From Octopus bimaculoides (taxonomy: Eukaryota): DNA of 64,000 nt. The DNA lies in contig NC_068985.1 of assembly GCF_001194135.2 (NCBI RefSeq), positions 76,143,066 through 76,207,065 of the forward strand, in the 5' to 3' direction. The notes under the pieces were generated by a model. The model saw only the letters and a program-made list of their open reading frames with translations, was not told the DNA's origin and made no database searches. Made by a program: the position numbers and the translations under genes. Below are positions 49,791 to 62,731 of this stretch, piece after piece. Numbering within the stretch: position 1 is the first letter of the stretch; each line of letters opens with the position of its first letter.

Positions 49791-50103
49791 GAAGGCGCGT
49801 GGCTTAGTGGTTAGGGCATTCGGCTCACGATTGTAAGGTCGTGAGTTCAATTACCAGCGACACATTGTGTCCTTGAGCAAGACACTTTATTTCACATTGC
49901 TCCAGTCCACTCAGCTGGCAAAAATGAGTAGTACCTGTATGTCAAAGGGCCGGCTTTGTCACACTGTGTCACGCTAAATCTCCCTGAGAACTACGTTAGG
50001 GGTACACGTGCCTGTGGATTGCTCAGTCACTTGCACGTTAATTTCACAGGCAAGCTGTTCCATTGATCGTATCAGCTGGGACCCTTGTCGTCATAACCGA
50101 TGG
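49791..50103 (+). mobile_element. Full-length tRNA-derived SINE (head 2 + tail X) with 11-bp TSD
   Basis: GAAGGCGCGTGGCTTAGTGGTTAGGG...GAGTTCAATT head; ACTAACTGACC at 49776-49786 and 50104-50114. Confidence 0.88.
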
Positions 50104-50921
50104 ACTAACTGACCTTCAACTTTTATATCAAAGTAGTAAGCTGTCTAAGTTGTTAGAGCATCTGATAGAATGCCTCACAGAATTTGTTCTGACTCTCATT
50201 CCAACCATAACCATTCTCTCTTTCTGTATCATTCTCTGATATGTTCTGAGATTTTTTTAAAACAGTCAGATATGATATGGAGAAGATCTCACTGGTTTTA
50301 CTAGCTGGCAATAACAGCAGTTGGCAAAAGTAGAAGTGGGTGCTGAGATAAAGGCAAGAGTAGGTAAAGGGTTGCAACAGGGGTTATTCAGAGAGGAATG
50401 GGAGTGTTGGCTGGCAACACAGCATAGCGAAGTTAAAGTGTATTGGATAGAGGATGATGGTAGCCTAATGCAACTTCTTATATACTACTGAAAGGCAAGT
50501 GAGCAGTGATGAAGAGGATGTGTTCAACAACAGGTGGGAAGGACATGATAGATGGAGTGCTCTTAGGCAAAAGGGAAGGTGGGAGCAGAGATCATTAGGT
50601 AGAGAGAAGGAGGTGGAGCAAGGATGCTAGGTGAAGTGAAACAAACAAAGGCCTGGCTAGATAGAGGGCAGCAAATGTAGGCTTAAAAGGACCACATTAT
50701 GGGGTGACAGTAGATTTTCATGATAGAGTACTGGAATAACAGGTGATTACTAGACTAAGCTACTATCTTTTATATTTTCTATTTTTTCAGTTTCTTTTAT
50801 TTTTTAGTTTATATTTTAATTCAGCACTGTACAATCTCTTCTACGTCCAACATTATTAGCTCCTTATATTGAATAATCAGATAGAATTAATTACACTAAC
50901 ACGATTTTTATTCTTGGGAAT

Positions 50922-51334
50922 CAACTATTATTTCCTATATGCTTACTTCTAGAAAGGTTGAAAAAAAGCTAATATTTCTTTCAAACTTTGCTTGTGTTAC
51001 ATCCATTCAACCCCCAAAGAATCCCTCACAACACATGACTGCAATGCTCCCCCACTATTCCTGCTCATGCTCAGAGATATACATATTGTCAGTCACTAAA
51101 GGTCATGCTCAAGTGGTTAAGATCAAGAAACTGACAAGGAAATCTTTGATGTTGAGCAGAATATTCGCTATAATGATATTTCTGCTTCAGCAATTCAGCG
51201 CTGAATCTGTCTGAAGCATAATGAAAAATAGGTCAGTTTCAAACACTGATGTCCAGGTTACAAAATCCAAGTTTGAAGGAAATAGTAGTCATTTCCTTTG
51301 ATTTCTAGATAGAAGTAAACAGGAAATAACACTT
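50922..51334. mobile_element. ~410-bp MITE-like repeat (oppositely oriented copy at 54016-54429; fragments at 49670 and 61130)
   Basis: By-eye reverse-complement match over the whole length; each unit has short TATTTCCT...AGGAAATA terminal inverted motifs. Confidence 0.7.
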
Positions 51335-51743
51335 ACTGACTAATGACAAAAAATAAATAAAAAAACTTGTTACACAGTGTAATCTAACCATAAATTTTGT
51401 AGTTTATATTGTAGAATGGAGGAGAAAAACAGTAATAAAAAAGAAAAAAAGAGGTAGCAACTACAAAGTGTTAGTAAGGGGCAGGANNNNNNNNNNNNNN
51501 NNNNNNNNNNNNNNNNNNNNNNNNNNNNNNNNNNNNNNNNNNNNNNNNNNNNNNNNNNNNNNNNNNNNNNNNNNNNNNNNNNNNNNNNNNNNNNNNNNNN
51601 NNNNNNNNNNNNNNNNNNNNNNNNNNNNNNNNNNNNNNNNNNNNNNNNNNNNNNNNNNNNNNNNNNNNNNNNNNNNNNNNNNNNNNNNNNNNNNNNNNNN
51701 NNNNNNNNNNNNNNNNNNNNNNNNNNNNNNNNNNNNNNNNNNN

Positions 51744-51800
<57 letters not shown>

Positions 51801-51929
51801 GTCTTGTTTAATATAACAGTTTATCTGTTTATATGCTCCATATATCAAATTGGCAGATGATCAGAAGAATAATTTCTCTGAATATTTTTTGCGGACTACC
51901 ATGATGACAAAAGACAAAGGCATTATCAT

Positions 51930-53880
51930 CATGGCTGGGAACTTCAGTGGTTGGATTCTATGGCATGCTTGGAGGTTATGGCTTTGGTTCCAAAAATGAG
52001 GAGGGTCAAAGCTGCTGGAGTTTTATGATATAATGACTTACTGGTTTGCAATATAAACTTTGGGAAACCTGCCAGCCATTTCATCACTTATCAATCTGGT
52101 GGGCTCACTAGCCAGATTGACTTCATTCTCAACAGAAACCTGGACAGGCAATTGCTTGTAAATGCAAAATCCTTCTGTGATGAATGTGCAATTCAACGTA
52201 GCTTAGCAGTTAACGACTTAGACTTAGGGCCTGAAGGACCCAGAGATACAAACCACTTTGGAAAATGAGGTTACTGGAGATAAGGAATCCTTCAAACGGG
52301 CAGAAATTTAGAGATGTTCTCAATGAAGCATTTGATGAGAAGGAGGAAAAAACAGAGACATATGACATAGAGGCCAACTGGAAGTTCTTACTGGATAATC
52401 TACTGAGGGCAATAGATTAAATATGTGGTTGGAGCAGAGGTTCTGCAAGATCAAGTGTAACATGTTAGTGGAACAGTGAGGTTGACAGAATTATGAAAGG
52501 GAAGAGACAGGTTTGGAAAGAGTATAAAAGTGGGGGTAATGAAGAAGTATATCAGATAGCTAAAAGGGAAGTTAGGGATCTGATTTATCTAGTTAAGGCA
52601 AAAAAAAAAGAAAGGAAGAGGTTTGCCAATGTCTTGCAGCATGAAGATCAGAGACTTAAGGTGTTCCAGATTGCTGGACTGTGTGCCAGAGAGTATCGAG
52701 GTATTGTGAGAGATAAGTATGTATGGATGGATAATGATATGCTTGCACTTAGTGAATCTGAAAAGAAAGAGGTGTGGAAGAGTGACTGTGAAAGGCTATT
52801 AAATGTGGAGGGTGAATATGAGAAAGGGAGCAGCCCCCATGTGAACCCAACAGAGGGACCAGCTTCTTAGTAGACAGCAGTAAGGCAATTAAAGATATGA
52901 AGACAGGGAAAGCCCCTGGTCCATCAGCAGTCACTGCTGAGGTGCTTAAAATATCTGGTAGAGTAGGATATGGTCTAATCACCTGTATAGTAAATCAGGT
53001 CGTTCCGGAAGGCATAATCCCAGTGACTGGCATAGCATCATCATGATCAATAAGGTAAAAGAGATGCCTTAGATAGAATTAATTATAGAGGCATCAAATT
53101 ACTAGCCATGGAGGCGCAATGACCCAGTGGCTAGGGTAGCGGACTCGCAGTTGGACGATCGCAGTTTCGATTCCCAGACTGGGCGTTGTGTGTGTTTATT
53201 GAGTGAAAACACCTAAAAGCTCCATGAGGCTCCGGCAGGGGGTGATGGCGGCCCCTGTTGTACTCTTTCGCCCTAACTTTCTCTCATTCTTTCTTCCTGT
53301 TTCTTGAGTAACGCTACAATGGACTGGCGTCCTGTCCAGCTGGTGGGGGGACACATACGCCATAGAAACCGGGAAAACGGGCCCATGAGCCTGACTAGGC
53401 TTTAAAAGGGCGCATAAATAAAAAAAAAAAAAATTACTAGCCCAGGTGATGAAAGTTATGGGGAGAGTTATAGACCAATTAATTATAAGCAGAATTAAAA
53501 CTATATGAAATGCAGTTTGGCTTTTGCTGTGGTGAAACACTGCTGATGTTATTATCAAAGTCAGGCAACTTCAGGGGAAGTATTCAGCTGAGAATAAGCT
53601 GTTATACTTAGCCTTTGTTGATCTGAGGAAAGCCTTTGACAGAGTACCTCACTCCATGATATGGTGGTCTCTGTGGAAGGTAGGGGTATACAAATGGCTT
53701 GTGAAAGCAGTATACGCCATATATACAAGAGTGCTGTTAGTAAGATAAAAGTTAGTCATGAGTACAATAACGAATTTAAAGTACGGGTAGTTGTTCACCA
53801 ATTCTTGACCCTCGTCCCCCTTCTATCTATCCTTTTCCTCCAGGCCGTAGCAGTAAAGACCAAGGTCCTAGTAAGCAAGA
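51930..53880 (+). mobile_element. RTE LINE body (APE end, linker, RT N-terminal half) with catalytic YADD region deleted and a nested SINE
   Basis: GGYGFGSKNEEG...SQIDFIL; MKTGKAPGPS; NYRGIKLL|AQVMKV; YLAFVDLRKAFDRVP; jumps from LFLQA straight to KTKVLVS. Confidence 0.88.
53108..53430 (+). mobile_element. tRNA-derived SINE (head 1 + tail Y, poly-A) with 12-bp TSD
   Basis: AAATTACTAGCC at 53096-53107 and 53431-53442; head matches the 19691 SINE. Confidence 0.9.
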
Positions 53881-54615
53881 AATTCAACCTGAACACTCAT
53901 ATGTACCAGATAACACTGTAACAAAATGTTTTTTTTTTTNNNNNNNNNNTATGTACCAGATAACACTGTAACAAAATGTTTTTTTTTGGGGGGGGGGGTT
54001 GTATTTTTGGTAAAAAAGTGTTATTTCCTATTTGATTCAATCTAGAAACCATAGAAAATGACTACTATTCCCTTCAAACATTGCTTTTGTAACCTGGACA
54101 TCAGTGTTTTGAAACTGACCTATTTTCCATAACATTTCAGATAAATTCGGCGCTGAGTTGCTGAAGCAAAAATATCGTTATAACACATATTCTGCTCAAT
54201 ACCACAGATTTCCTTGTCACTTGCTTGACCTTAATCACTTGCATATGTCCCTTAGTGTCTGATAATATGTGCATCTCTGATCATGAGCAAGAATAGTGGA
54301 GGAGCATTATAGTCATATTTTGATAGGGATTCTTTGGGGTTTGAATGAATGTAACAAAAGCAAAGTTTGAAAGAAATATTGGCCATTTTTCATATTTTCT
54401 TGGGGTAAACAAATAGGAAATAATAGTTGCTACTAAGGACAAAAAGTTGTGTTACAAAGTCTTATCTTAAGTCATTTGACATATTATTATCCAGAACTTA
54501 TATGAAACTGCTGGAGCTTTTGTTTCACGTTGTTAATGTGTTGCAATATCTATGTTTAATAATATTCAAACATTTGTCCTTCTCAAATATACTTATTTCT
54601 ACTTATTTTCAATAG

Positions 54616-54754
54616 GAAATATGACTTCGAAACAGAGGATTTGTTATATTTTAAGAACAAGTTACTTAGTATGGACAACAGCCTAGTATTGGGGTTAAAA
54701 GAACGAATGCTACAGGAGCTAGAGACACCACCAACTAATGTTCCTCCCCCAAAG
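54616..54754 (+). CDS. CFAP44: CFAP44 exon 13, KYDFETEDLLYFKNK...TPPTNVPPPK
   Basis: atAG/GTatct, 139 nt, phase 2-0. Confidence 0.88.
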
Positions 54755-55045
54755 GTATCTGTAATCAACTACTACAAACACTTTGTGTAAATATATATGT
54801 ATCTTTTATCTTTTATTTGTTTCAGTCATTAGACCGTGGCTAAGCTGGAGCACCACTTTGAAGAATATTTTAGTTGAGTGAATCATTCCCAGTACTTATT
54901 CTATTGGTGTCTTTTGCCAAATTGCTAAATTACAGGGACATAAACACACCAACATCAGTTCTGAAATGGTAGTGAAGACAAATACAGTCACAAAGACACA
55001 CATATGCACACGCACGCACACACACACACACACACATGTATATAT

Positions 55046-55076
<31 letters not shown>

Positions 55077-56245
55077 GGTTTGTGGGTGTGTGTGTTTGTG
55101 TGTGTGTGTGTGTGTGTTTGCTTGTGTGTGCATGTGTGTGTTTGTGTGTGTGGGTTTGTGGGTGTGTGTGTTTGTGTGTGTGTGTGTTTGCTTGTGTGTG
55201 CATGTGTGTGTGTGTGTTTGTGTGTGTGTATGTGTGTGCGTGTGTATGTATGCATGTATGTGTGTGTATATATATGTTTGTAGGTGTTTCTGTGTGTGTG
55301 TGAATATATATATNNNNNNNNNNNNNNNNNNNNNNNNNNNNNNNNNNNNNNNNNNNNNNNNNNNNNNNNNNNNNNNNNNNNNNNNNNNNNNNNNNNNNNN
55401 NNNNNNNNNNNNNNNNNNNNNNNNNNNNNNNNNNNNNNNNNNNNNNNNNNNNNNNNNNNNNNNNNNNNNNNNNNNNNNNNNNNNNNNNNNNNNNNNNNNN
55501 NNNNNNNNNNNNNNNNNNNNNNNNNNNNNNNNNNNNNNNNNNNNNNNNNNNNNNNNNNNNNNNNNNNNNNNNNNNNNNNNNNNNNNNNNNNNNNNNNNNN
55601 NNNNNNNNNNNNNNNNNNNNNNNNNNNNNNNNNNNNNNNNNNNNNNNNNNNNNNNNNNNNNNNNNNNNNNNNNNNNNNNNNNNNNNNNNNNNNNNNNNNN
55701 NNNNNNNNNNNNNNNNNNNNNNNNNNNNNNNNNNNNNNNNNNNNNNNNNNNNNNNNNNNNNNNNNNNNNNNNNNNNNNNNNNNNNNNNNNNNNNNNNNNN
55801 NNNNNNNNNNNNNNNNNNNNNNNNNNNNNNNNNNNNNNNNNNNNNNNNNNNNNNNNNNNNNNNNNNNNNNNNNNNNNNNNNNNNNNNNNNNNNNNNNNNN
55901 NNNNNNNNNNNNNNNNNNNNNNNNNNNNNNNNNNNNNNNNNNNNNNNNNNNNNNNNNNNNNNNNNNNNNNNNNNNNNNNNNNNNNNNNNNNNNNNNNNNN
56001 NNNNNNNNNNNNNNNNNNNNNNNNNNNNNNNNNNNNNNNNNNNNNNNNNNNNNNNNNNNNNNNNNNNNNNNNNNNNNNNNNNNNNNNNNNNNNNNNNNNN
56101 NNNNNNNNNNNNNNNNNNNNNNNNNNNNNNNNNNNNNNNNNNNNNNNNNNNNNNNNNNNNNNNNNNNNNNNNNNNNNNNNNNNNNNNNNNNNNNNNNNNN
56201 NNNNNNNNNNNNNNNNNNNNNNNTATATATATATATATATATATA

Positions 56246-56945
56246 TCAGGTCATTAAGAATGAAATGTCCGATTTTGAACTGAAAATTTATTGTACTTTA
56301 TCTCAACAGAAAGCAATGGAGTTAATCAAAGTACGCACCTAAATTATCAACACAATTTTGCCATTTTATTGGTAATTTATCAATGCTGGCTGTGAAGAAT
56401 TCAGGAGAGCAAAAGGTGTTGAAATCATGAAAGGCTGTTTTTGCATCTTCTTCAGATTTTAAGTTTTTACCTTGCTTAATGTTGTCTAATACCGGGAAAA
56501 CATGATAGTTAGTTGGTGCAAGGTCTGGTGAATATGGTGAATGACAGACTACTTCCAAATTTAGTTCTTGTAACTTGAGTAGTGTTCTTTGTGCAACATG
56601 TGGTCAAGCATTGTCTCTGTTGACCAATCTCAGTTGTTTAATTGCAAGTTCACTCATTATTTCATCCAACTGGTTGATGTACACATCCGCTGTAATTGAC
56701 TTAGCAGATCTCATGAAGGTAGTGGATGACATTAGCGCTGGACCACCTAACAAACACCATTAGCTTTTTTTGGTGAATATTCTTTTTTGGATTGAGTTTT
56801 GGCACTTCGTCTCTATCTGACCACTGTGCAGAATTCTTGCTGTTGCTGAAAAGAATTCATTTTTCATCACATGTAACAATATGATGGAAAAATGGTTCGC
56901 TTTTATGCCATGACAGCAAAGAACAGCAAGTTTCAAGACCACTTC
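56246..56945 (-). mobile_element. mariner transposase remnant
   Basis: Minus ORF HSPYSPDLAPTNYHVF...WQNCVDNLGAYFD. Confidence 0.85.
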
Positions 56946-57280
56946 TGGCCCTTCCCTACAACACAGCCTGGTTCATAACACCACAATCACAAAGATTTTC
57001 ACTAAGTGGAATTGAAACTTAAACTGACAAGTTTTGTCTTTTATAAACACTCAACATGATTGTTTACAGCCACCTTTCAAATTGCTGAAAGAAAGTAGTG
57101 TATAACATTTTACGAAACATTTAACAAATTTGTGCATTTGTGTGTGGGGTGGATGAATATGAGAGAAAGGTGGGAGGAATGTGTAGGATATTTAATTAAA
57201 ATTATGTTGAGATGGAGAAATAAGTTCATCAACAAAAAAGTGTAAACAAAAGTGCTAAAGAGCAAAGGAGAGGAAGGTAT

Positions 57281-57282
<2 letters not shown>

Positions 57283-57343
<61 letters not shown>
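57283..57343. repeat. (GA)n microsatellite
   Basis: Pure AG run. Confidence 0.95.
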
Positions 57344-57346
<3 letters not shown>

Positions 57347-58345
57347 AAAGAAGAAAGAGAAAAAAGGTAATGGGAAAGATACTTAAGACTATTTAGAGAT
57401 GGAGGAAGTAAATTAATGAATGGAAACTGTGCAAGACAGGGTGTGCCAAAGGCTCTGAGAAAGGAGAGGTAGGTGGTATCAGAGAAGGTAAATCTAAATC
57501 AAAACAAAAGATTACAATCTCAGCAGAATTACGGCAAAGCAAAATGAAAGTATATAAAGGTTCAAATAGTTCCTTCATTAAACATAATGGATTTGGTATT
57601 CTAGTAGTCTTTATAAAACAAGACCAATAGTTGAAAATTACAGTTCTCACAGAGAACAACACCACATTGTGTATCTTTACTGCCAAAGAATATTTCTTCA
57701 ACATATTCATACAACACATCAACTACCATATCTTCAGACATACAAGTTAACATGATACACAATTCAAACAGGTAGTGTAAGCATCATAGTGTAAACATTC
57801 AAACATTGTCCCTATCTTCCCAAATCCTATTGCATTTCACATAGAATATTTGTTCCAAAGTTATCTTGGAGTATACTTTACCTCTTTCGGCTGTAAATTT
57901 AGTCAGAGAAATTTGGAAAATATGATAACCTATTATTCAATTTAGTAACACCATTATATGGTTTGGCAGAAACCTCCAGATTCAATAGAATCTTCTAGAA
58001 TTCTCAGACCATTCTTTTACTTTGAATGATGTTGTTTTGATTCATTTGATATCTCTTTTTCTTTCTGATTCCTCCTCTCTCCTATTTTTGGTTTAAAATT
58101 TCAAAGATGACATAATTTCATAAACTGAAATAGGGTGGAGGAAACTAAAAAGAAAATTCCTATCCTGAAATTTTGAAATTTAACACATTGAAATTCTATG
58201 AAGAAAATTTGAAATTTAAATAAACAATAACGTCTTTGCACTTCTATGGAATTTTGATTTAATTGCAGATATTTGCTACACTCTATTTTCAGTTTATGAA
58301 AACACTAGCATGAAAATGTATAACACTGCTAATATTTCTTGACAG

Positions 58346-58506
58346 TATACAAGTCGCGGTTCCCTGATTTTAATGAAAAGCAGCAATATGGGTGTCTTTG
58401 AGCCAAAAGAGGAATTCTTTAACCAGATGATTGATAACGAGAGTTTTCAAAGATCAACAGCTATAACCAAAGTGGAAATCATGCAAGCAAAGGAACTAGG
58501 AATTAG
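58346..58506 (+). CDS. CFAP44: CFAP44 exon 14, YTSRGSLILMKSSNMGVFEPKEE...EIMQAKELGI
   Basis: acAG/GTgaat, 161 nt open frame, phase 0-2; needed to keep frame between exons 13 and 15; weakly conserved linker ending in an ExEIM-like motif. Confidence 0.82.
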
Positions 58507-58961
58507 GTGAATATCTGTGACTAAGGTACTAGACTACTAAAACCAAAGGCAAGAGTTTATTACTTTTGCTTCAATCAGTGGCGCTACACAGAAGATCTGC
58601 TTTCTACTATGTTTGAAGCATTGAAATTGTTAAGCTCAAGAAAGCATTACAGTAGCCATTCACATATGGAGCTGACAGAGAGCTTGAAGTGCTGAATGAC
58701 AAACATAAAAGCCACCTAAACATATAGAAATTTATGGAATTTGTGCAGCATCTCATGCTAGCAGAATGGTATCTCTTGTGCAGCATCTCATGCTGGCAGA
58801 ATGATATTCTGTAAGAACCATTACTTGAGCTGTAGGCAAGTAAATACTATTCTACTAATACAGAATAGTTTTCTATTTCATCCTTCAGGGATCAATAAAT
58901 AAAGTACCTGTCTATGGCAGTGGAATGGTAGATTTATTATGATATTAGATGGAATAACTTG

Positions 58962-59182
58962 TATGAAGGCGTACTAAAAAGTTCCTGGCTCTGGGTAAAA
59001 GGAATTACAGGAGGATCAGTTGATTATGATTTTATTCAGCATGTTTCCCTCTTGGATTCACATACTTATTGCAACAGTCCTTCAGTTTTTCTAAGCCTTT
59101 TAAAAGAACTCAGAAAGTTGGGCCTCCAACCAAGCCTTTCATTATACTCTTAAAGCTAAGAACTTTTCAGAACCTTCTTGTA
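58962..59182. mobile_element. ~220-bp mariner-derived MITE
   Basis: TA-TGAAGGCGTACTAAAAAGTTCCTGGC ... GCTAAGAACTTTTCAGAACCTTCTTG-TA imperfect TIRs with TA ends. Confidence 0.65.
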
Positions 59183-59334
59183 GTGCTTGTTCCAGCTCTG
59201 TTCTGATTTATTTGGATGGTAAAGTTAATCCATCACCTGTTGTCATATCACTAACACTTGGCCATTGGATGCCTTTAGTGGAGCCCAGTTTGTTTCAAGT
59301 ATTTGGGATAGATCTCAAGATTGTGGATACTTTC

Positions 59335-59460
59335 CATCTTCCTTCTCTCCTTCCTTTCTTCTCTCTCTCTCCCTCCTTTCTTCTCTCTCTCTCCCTCCTT
59401 TCCTCTTTCTCTCTCCCTCCTTTCCTCTCTCTCTCTCCCTTCCTTCCTCCCTCCTGCTAA
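59335..59460. repeat. Polypyrimidine CT-rich tract (a similar tract lies at 63155-63330)
   Basis: Almost exclusively C/T on the + strand. Confidence 0.9.
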
Positions 59461-60289
59461 GCTTGAAGACCCTGTAAAATGTTGTAAGCACTGCCCTCCC
59501 ATCTGACTAAACAGTAAAGATCAAAAGGATGCTTTTAAATCATAATAATCATGCATCTGTATTTTTTTAGAACACAGAGTATAATAAATTCCCTTGAGAC
59601 TTTCCGTAATACCAACCAAGTACAGGTTGAGTAATTACTTAAGATCTGAGCACTCACTTATTCCATGTACTCCATTACTCCAGCTGTTTTATTGTTCTCC
59701 ATCAACTTTCCTACTATATTATACTTGGCAAAAGTGATATAATTTTTGGAGATCAAAAAATGTTTTTTACCATAATTTGAAATCTTTATTACTGCAAACC
59801 ATTCGGCCATCAAATAGAAACAGCCGATTTGCTATAAATGAAATTGTAGCAAGCAGTAATCGTATAACTTGCTAATGGCCAAAACAATGATTGTTCAAAG
59901 GTTTTGAACTCAACCAATGTGGTTAGTAGTCTGGCACTTAATGATTTTTAAAAAATTATCAATGTTTTTTTATTTTCTTTTAAATGGTTTCTTAACCATT
60001 TGTTTGTCCAAAGCCTTGTCTTAAATGTCCGGGTTTGTTTCCAGATTTTTAGTTAACCCTTGGTTCATATGTCCTGAGTAATATAAAGCTTTCCTCTCAT
60101 AAGTTCCCAAGATATTCTGTTGGTTGAAAGAAATTGGTAATGTGTGTCATATATGATGCATGGACACCAGGGAAATGTGTCCTGAGTATCACATGTACAG
60201 CACAGGACAGAAAATGGGTTTATTTTCTGGTGAGTTACCTAGAATGAAATAAATATGCTGTCATGCGAATGGCACCTATGAATCATAAT

Positions 60290-60630
60290 TGTGGTCATTG
60301 CCAGTAGCATGATCTTTGAATGTTGGGCCTTCTAGTGGTGATGACAAGTGACTGAGACCTTATGCAATATGCTGTGCTTGAGAAGACGCATTAAGCCAAG
60401 TGAGATCATAATTGTGGCTGTTGCCAGTGTCATGTAAATGGCACCCATGCCAGTGGCACATGAAAAGTGCCCAGTGCACACTATAAAGGGGTTGGTATTA
60501 GGAAGGGCATCCAGCCATAGAAATCAGACTGGCACCTGGTGCAGCCTTCTGACTTACCAGTTGCAGTCAACTCATCTAACCCATGCCAGCATGGAAAGCA
60601 GGCATTAAATGATGATGATGATGATGATGA
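60290..60630 (+). mobile_element. RTE 3' end copy
   Basis: GGGCC...GACAAGTGACTGAGACC...GTGCTTGAGAAGAC, family 3' UTR and (GAT)n tail. Confidence 0.75.
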
Positions 60631-60686
60631 TAATGTAATGTAACACTGTCTAAAGAATTATCAATATCTTTGTTTCACATATCTAG

Positions 60687-60815
60687 GAATGAATACAAAA
60701 GAGATGATCTACTGAGGAAAATAGAGCAGATGAAAGCAGATTTTGATGCAAGGCTTTGTTTATTGCGACATGAAAAATTTCTCTTAGATGTTGTAATTAA
60801 AAAAGGAAATTTAAG
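60687..60815 (+). CDS. CFAP44: CFAP44 exon 15, NEYKRDDLLRKIEQMKADFDARLCLLRHEKFLLDVVIKKGNL
   Basis: ctAG/GTtagt, 129 nt, phase 2-2; FDAxLxLLRHxK motif. Confidence 0.95.
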
Positions 60816-61888
60816 GTTAGTTTGTATATCTCGACTATGTCTTTTGTGTTTTACTTGTTTCAGTAATTGGACAGTGGCCATGCTGGAGCACTGCCTCGAA
60901 GGGCTCTGGTCAAACACACCAACTCCAGTGCTTATTTTTTTAAAGACTTCTACTTATTTTATTATATTCTTTTGCTGAACTGTTAAATTACAGGGATGTA
61001 AGAAACCAACACCAATTGTCATGCATTGGAGGGGAAACACATACACACACACACACACACACACAATGGGCTTCTATACAGTTTCCATCTACCAAATTTA
61101 CTCACAGGGTATTGGTTGTCCCTTAGAGACTGACAATATGTGCATCACTGATCAAGAGCAGGTGTGGTCGGAGAAGATCATAGCCATGTGTTGTGGGTGG
61201 TTATTTGGAGGTTGAATANNNNNNNNNNNNNNNNNNNNNNNNNNNNNNNNNNNNNNNNNNNNNNNNNNNNNNNNNNNNNNNNNNNNNNNNNNNNNNNNNN
61301 NNNNNNNNNNNNNNNNNNNNNNNNNNNNNNNNNNNNNNNNNNNNNNNNNNNNNNNNNNNNNNNNNNNNNNNNNNNNNNNNNNNNNNNNNNNNNNNNNNNN
61401 NNNNNNNNNNNNNNNNNNNNNNNNNNNNNNNNNNNNNNNNNNNNNNNNNNNNNNNNNNNNNNNNNNNNNNNNNNNNNNNNNNNNNNNNNNNNNNNNNNNN
61501 NNNNNNNNNNNNNNNNNNNNNNNNNNNNNNNNNNNNNNNNNNNNNNNNNNNNNNNNNNNNNNNNNNNNNNNNNNNNNNNNNNNNNNNNNNNNNNNNNNNN
61601 NNNNNNNNNNNNNNNNNNNNNNNNNNNNNNNNNNNNNNNNNNNNNNNNNNNNNNNNNNNNNNNNNNNNNNNNNNNNNNNNNNNNNNNNNNNNNNNNNNNN
61701 NNNNNNNNNNNNNNNNNNNNNNNNNNNNNNNNNNNNNNNNNNNNNNNNNNNNNNNNNNNNNNNNNNNNNNNNNNNNNNNNNNNNNNNNNNNNNNNNNNNN
61801 NNNNNNNNNNNNNNNNNNNNNNNNNNNNNNNNNNNNNNNNNNNNNNNNNNNNNNNNNNNNNNNNNNNNNNNNNNNNNNNNNNNNNNNN

Positions 61889-62731
61889 TGTTGAACATAA
61901 AGTTCCACATTGACCATTTGGTTCCAATTCATAATGGATAATCCCTTCCCAGTCCCACCATGTGCACGACATCATTTCACGCGGATGAAGATCTTGTTTC
62001 ACATCTGGTGTCACTTGTTTACCGGGGCTAAGCCATTCCTTATGCTGCTTCATATTGATGTACAGGCACGATTTTTTGTTGCCAGTAACAATTCGGTAAA
62101 GAAATGGTTGCTTGTGTCCATGAGTTGAGTGGTGATGAGCAAGCAAACCAGCAGAGATTGTGGCTCGTTGATTTTTGTTGTTGTCTCTTAAAGCATGCGG
62201 AACCCATGCTCCATACTTCTGAACCTTTCCCATCGAGTGAAGATGCTTCTCTATAGCAGTGTGCGAGCATTCCATTTTCTCTGCCAGTTCCCTTGTTGTT
62301 TGAATAGAATTTTCGTGCAAAAGTTGGTTTAATCACACTTCATCGAACTCAACTGGACTGCCAGAGCAAGGTGCATCTTTGAGGTCAAAATTTCCATTTT
62401 TGAACTTGGCATACCAATCACAAGTGGTTCTTTCATCTATGGCACTGTCTCCATACACAGCACAACTGTCGCGAGCAGCTTTTGCAGACTTAGAACCTTG
62501 ATTAAAAGCAAAAAGAAGGAGGTGTCAAAAATGCTCATTTTTCTTAACTTGACATTCCATTTTAATGATCTGAAAATAAACAAAAATTAACTAAAATTAA
62601 CTAGAAAAAACAAAATAGATTCCAAAATGATTCAAAAATAGAATTCTTGAAAAGAATAGATTCCAAAATTTAAAAACGCAATAAATTAAAAAGTTTTTTT
62701 AAATGGCAGGAACTTAGTTGCCAATCCAATA
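61889..62731 (-). mobile_element. mariner element, 5' half (rest in gap)
   Basis: Minus ORF with WVPHAL, IVTGNKK (TGDEK-like), DLHPREMM.CTWWDWEGII; TIR TA-TTGGATTGGCAACTAAGTTCC. Confidence 0.88.

Noticed and set aside
53898-53987. Direct repeat of ATGTACCAGATAACACTGTAACAAAATG either side of a 10-N gap
   Set aside because: Identical sequence flanking a placeholder gap is a typical unmerged contig overlap
11511-62320. Long ORFs in the track containing X runs (e.g. 13159, 23762, 40003, 55036, 61164)
   Set aside because: They are open only because they cross N-gaps or microsatellites
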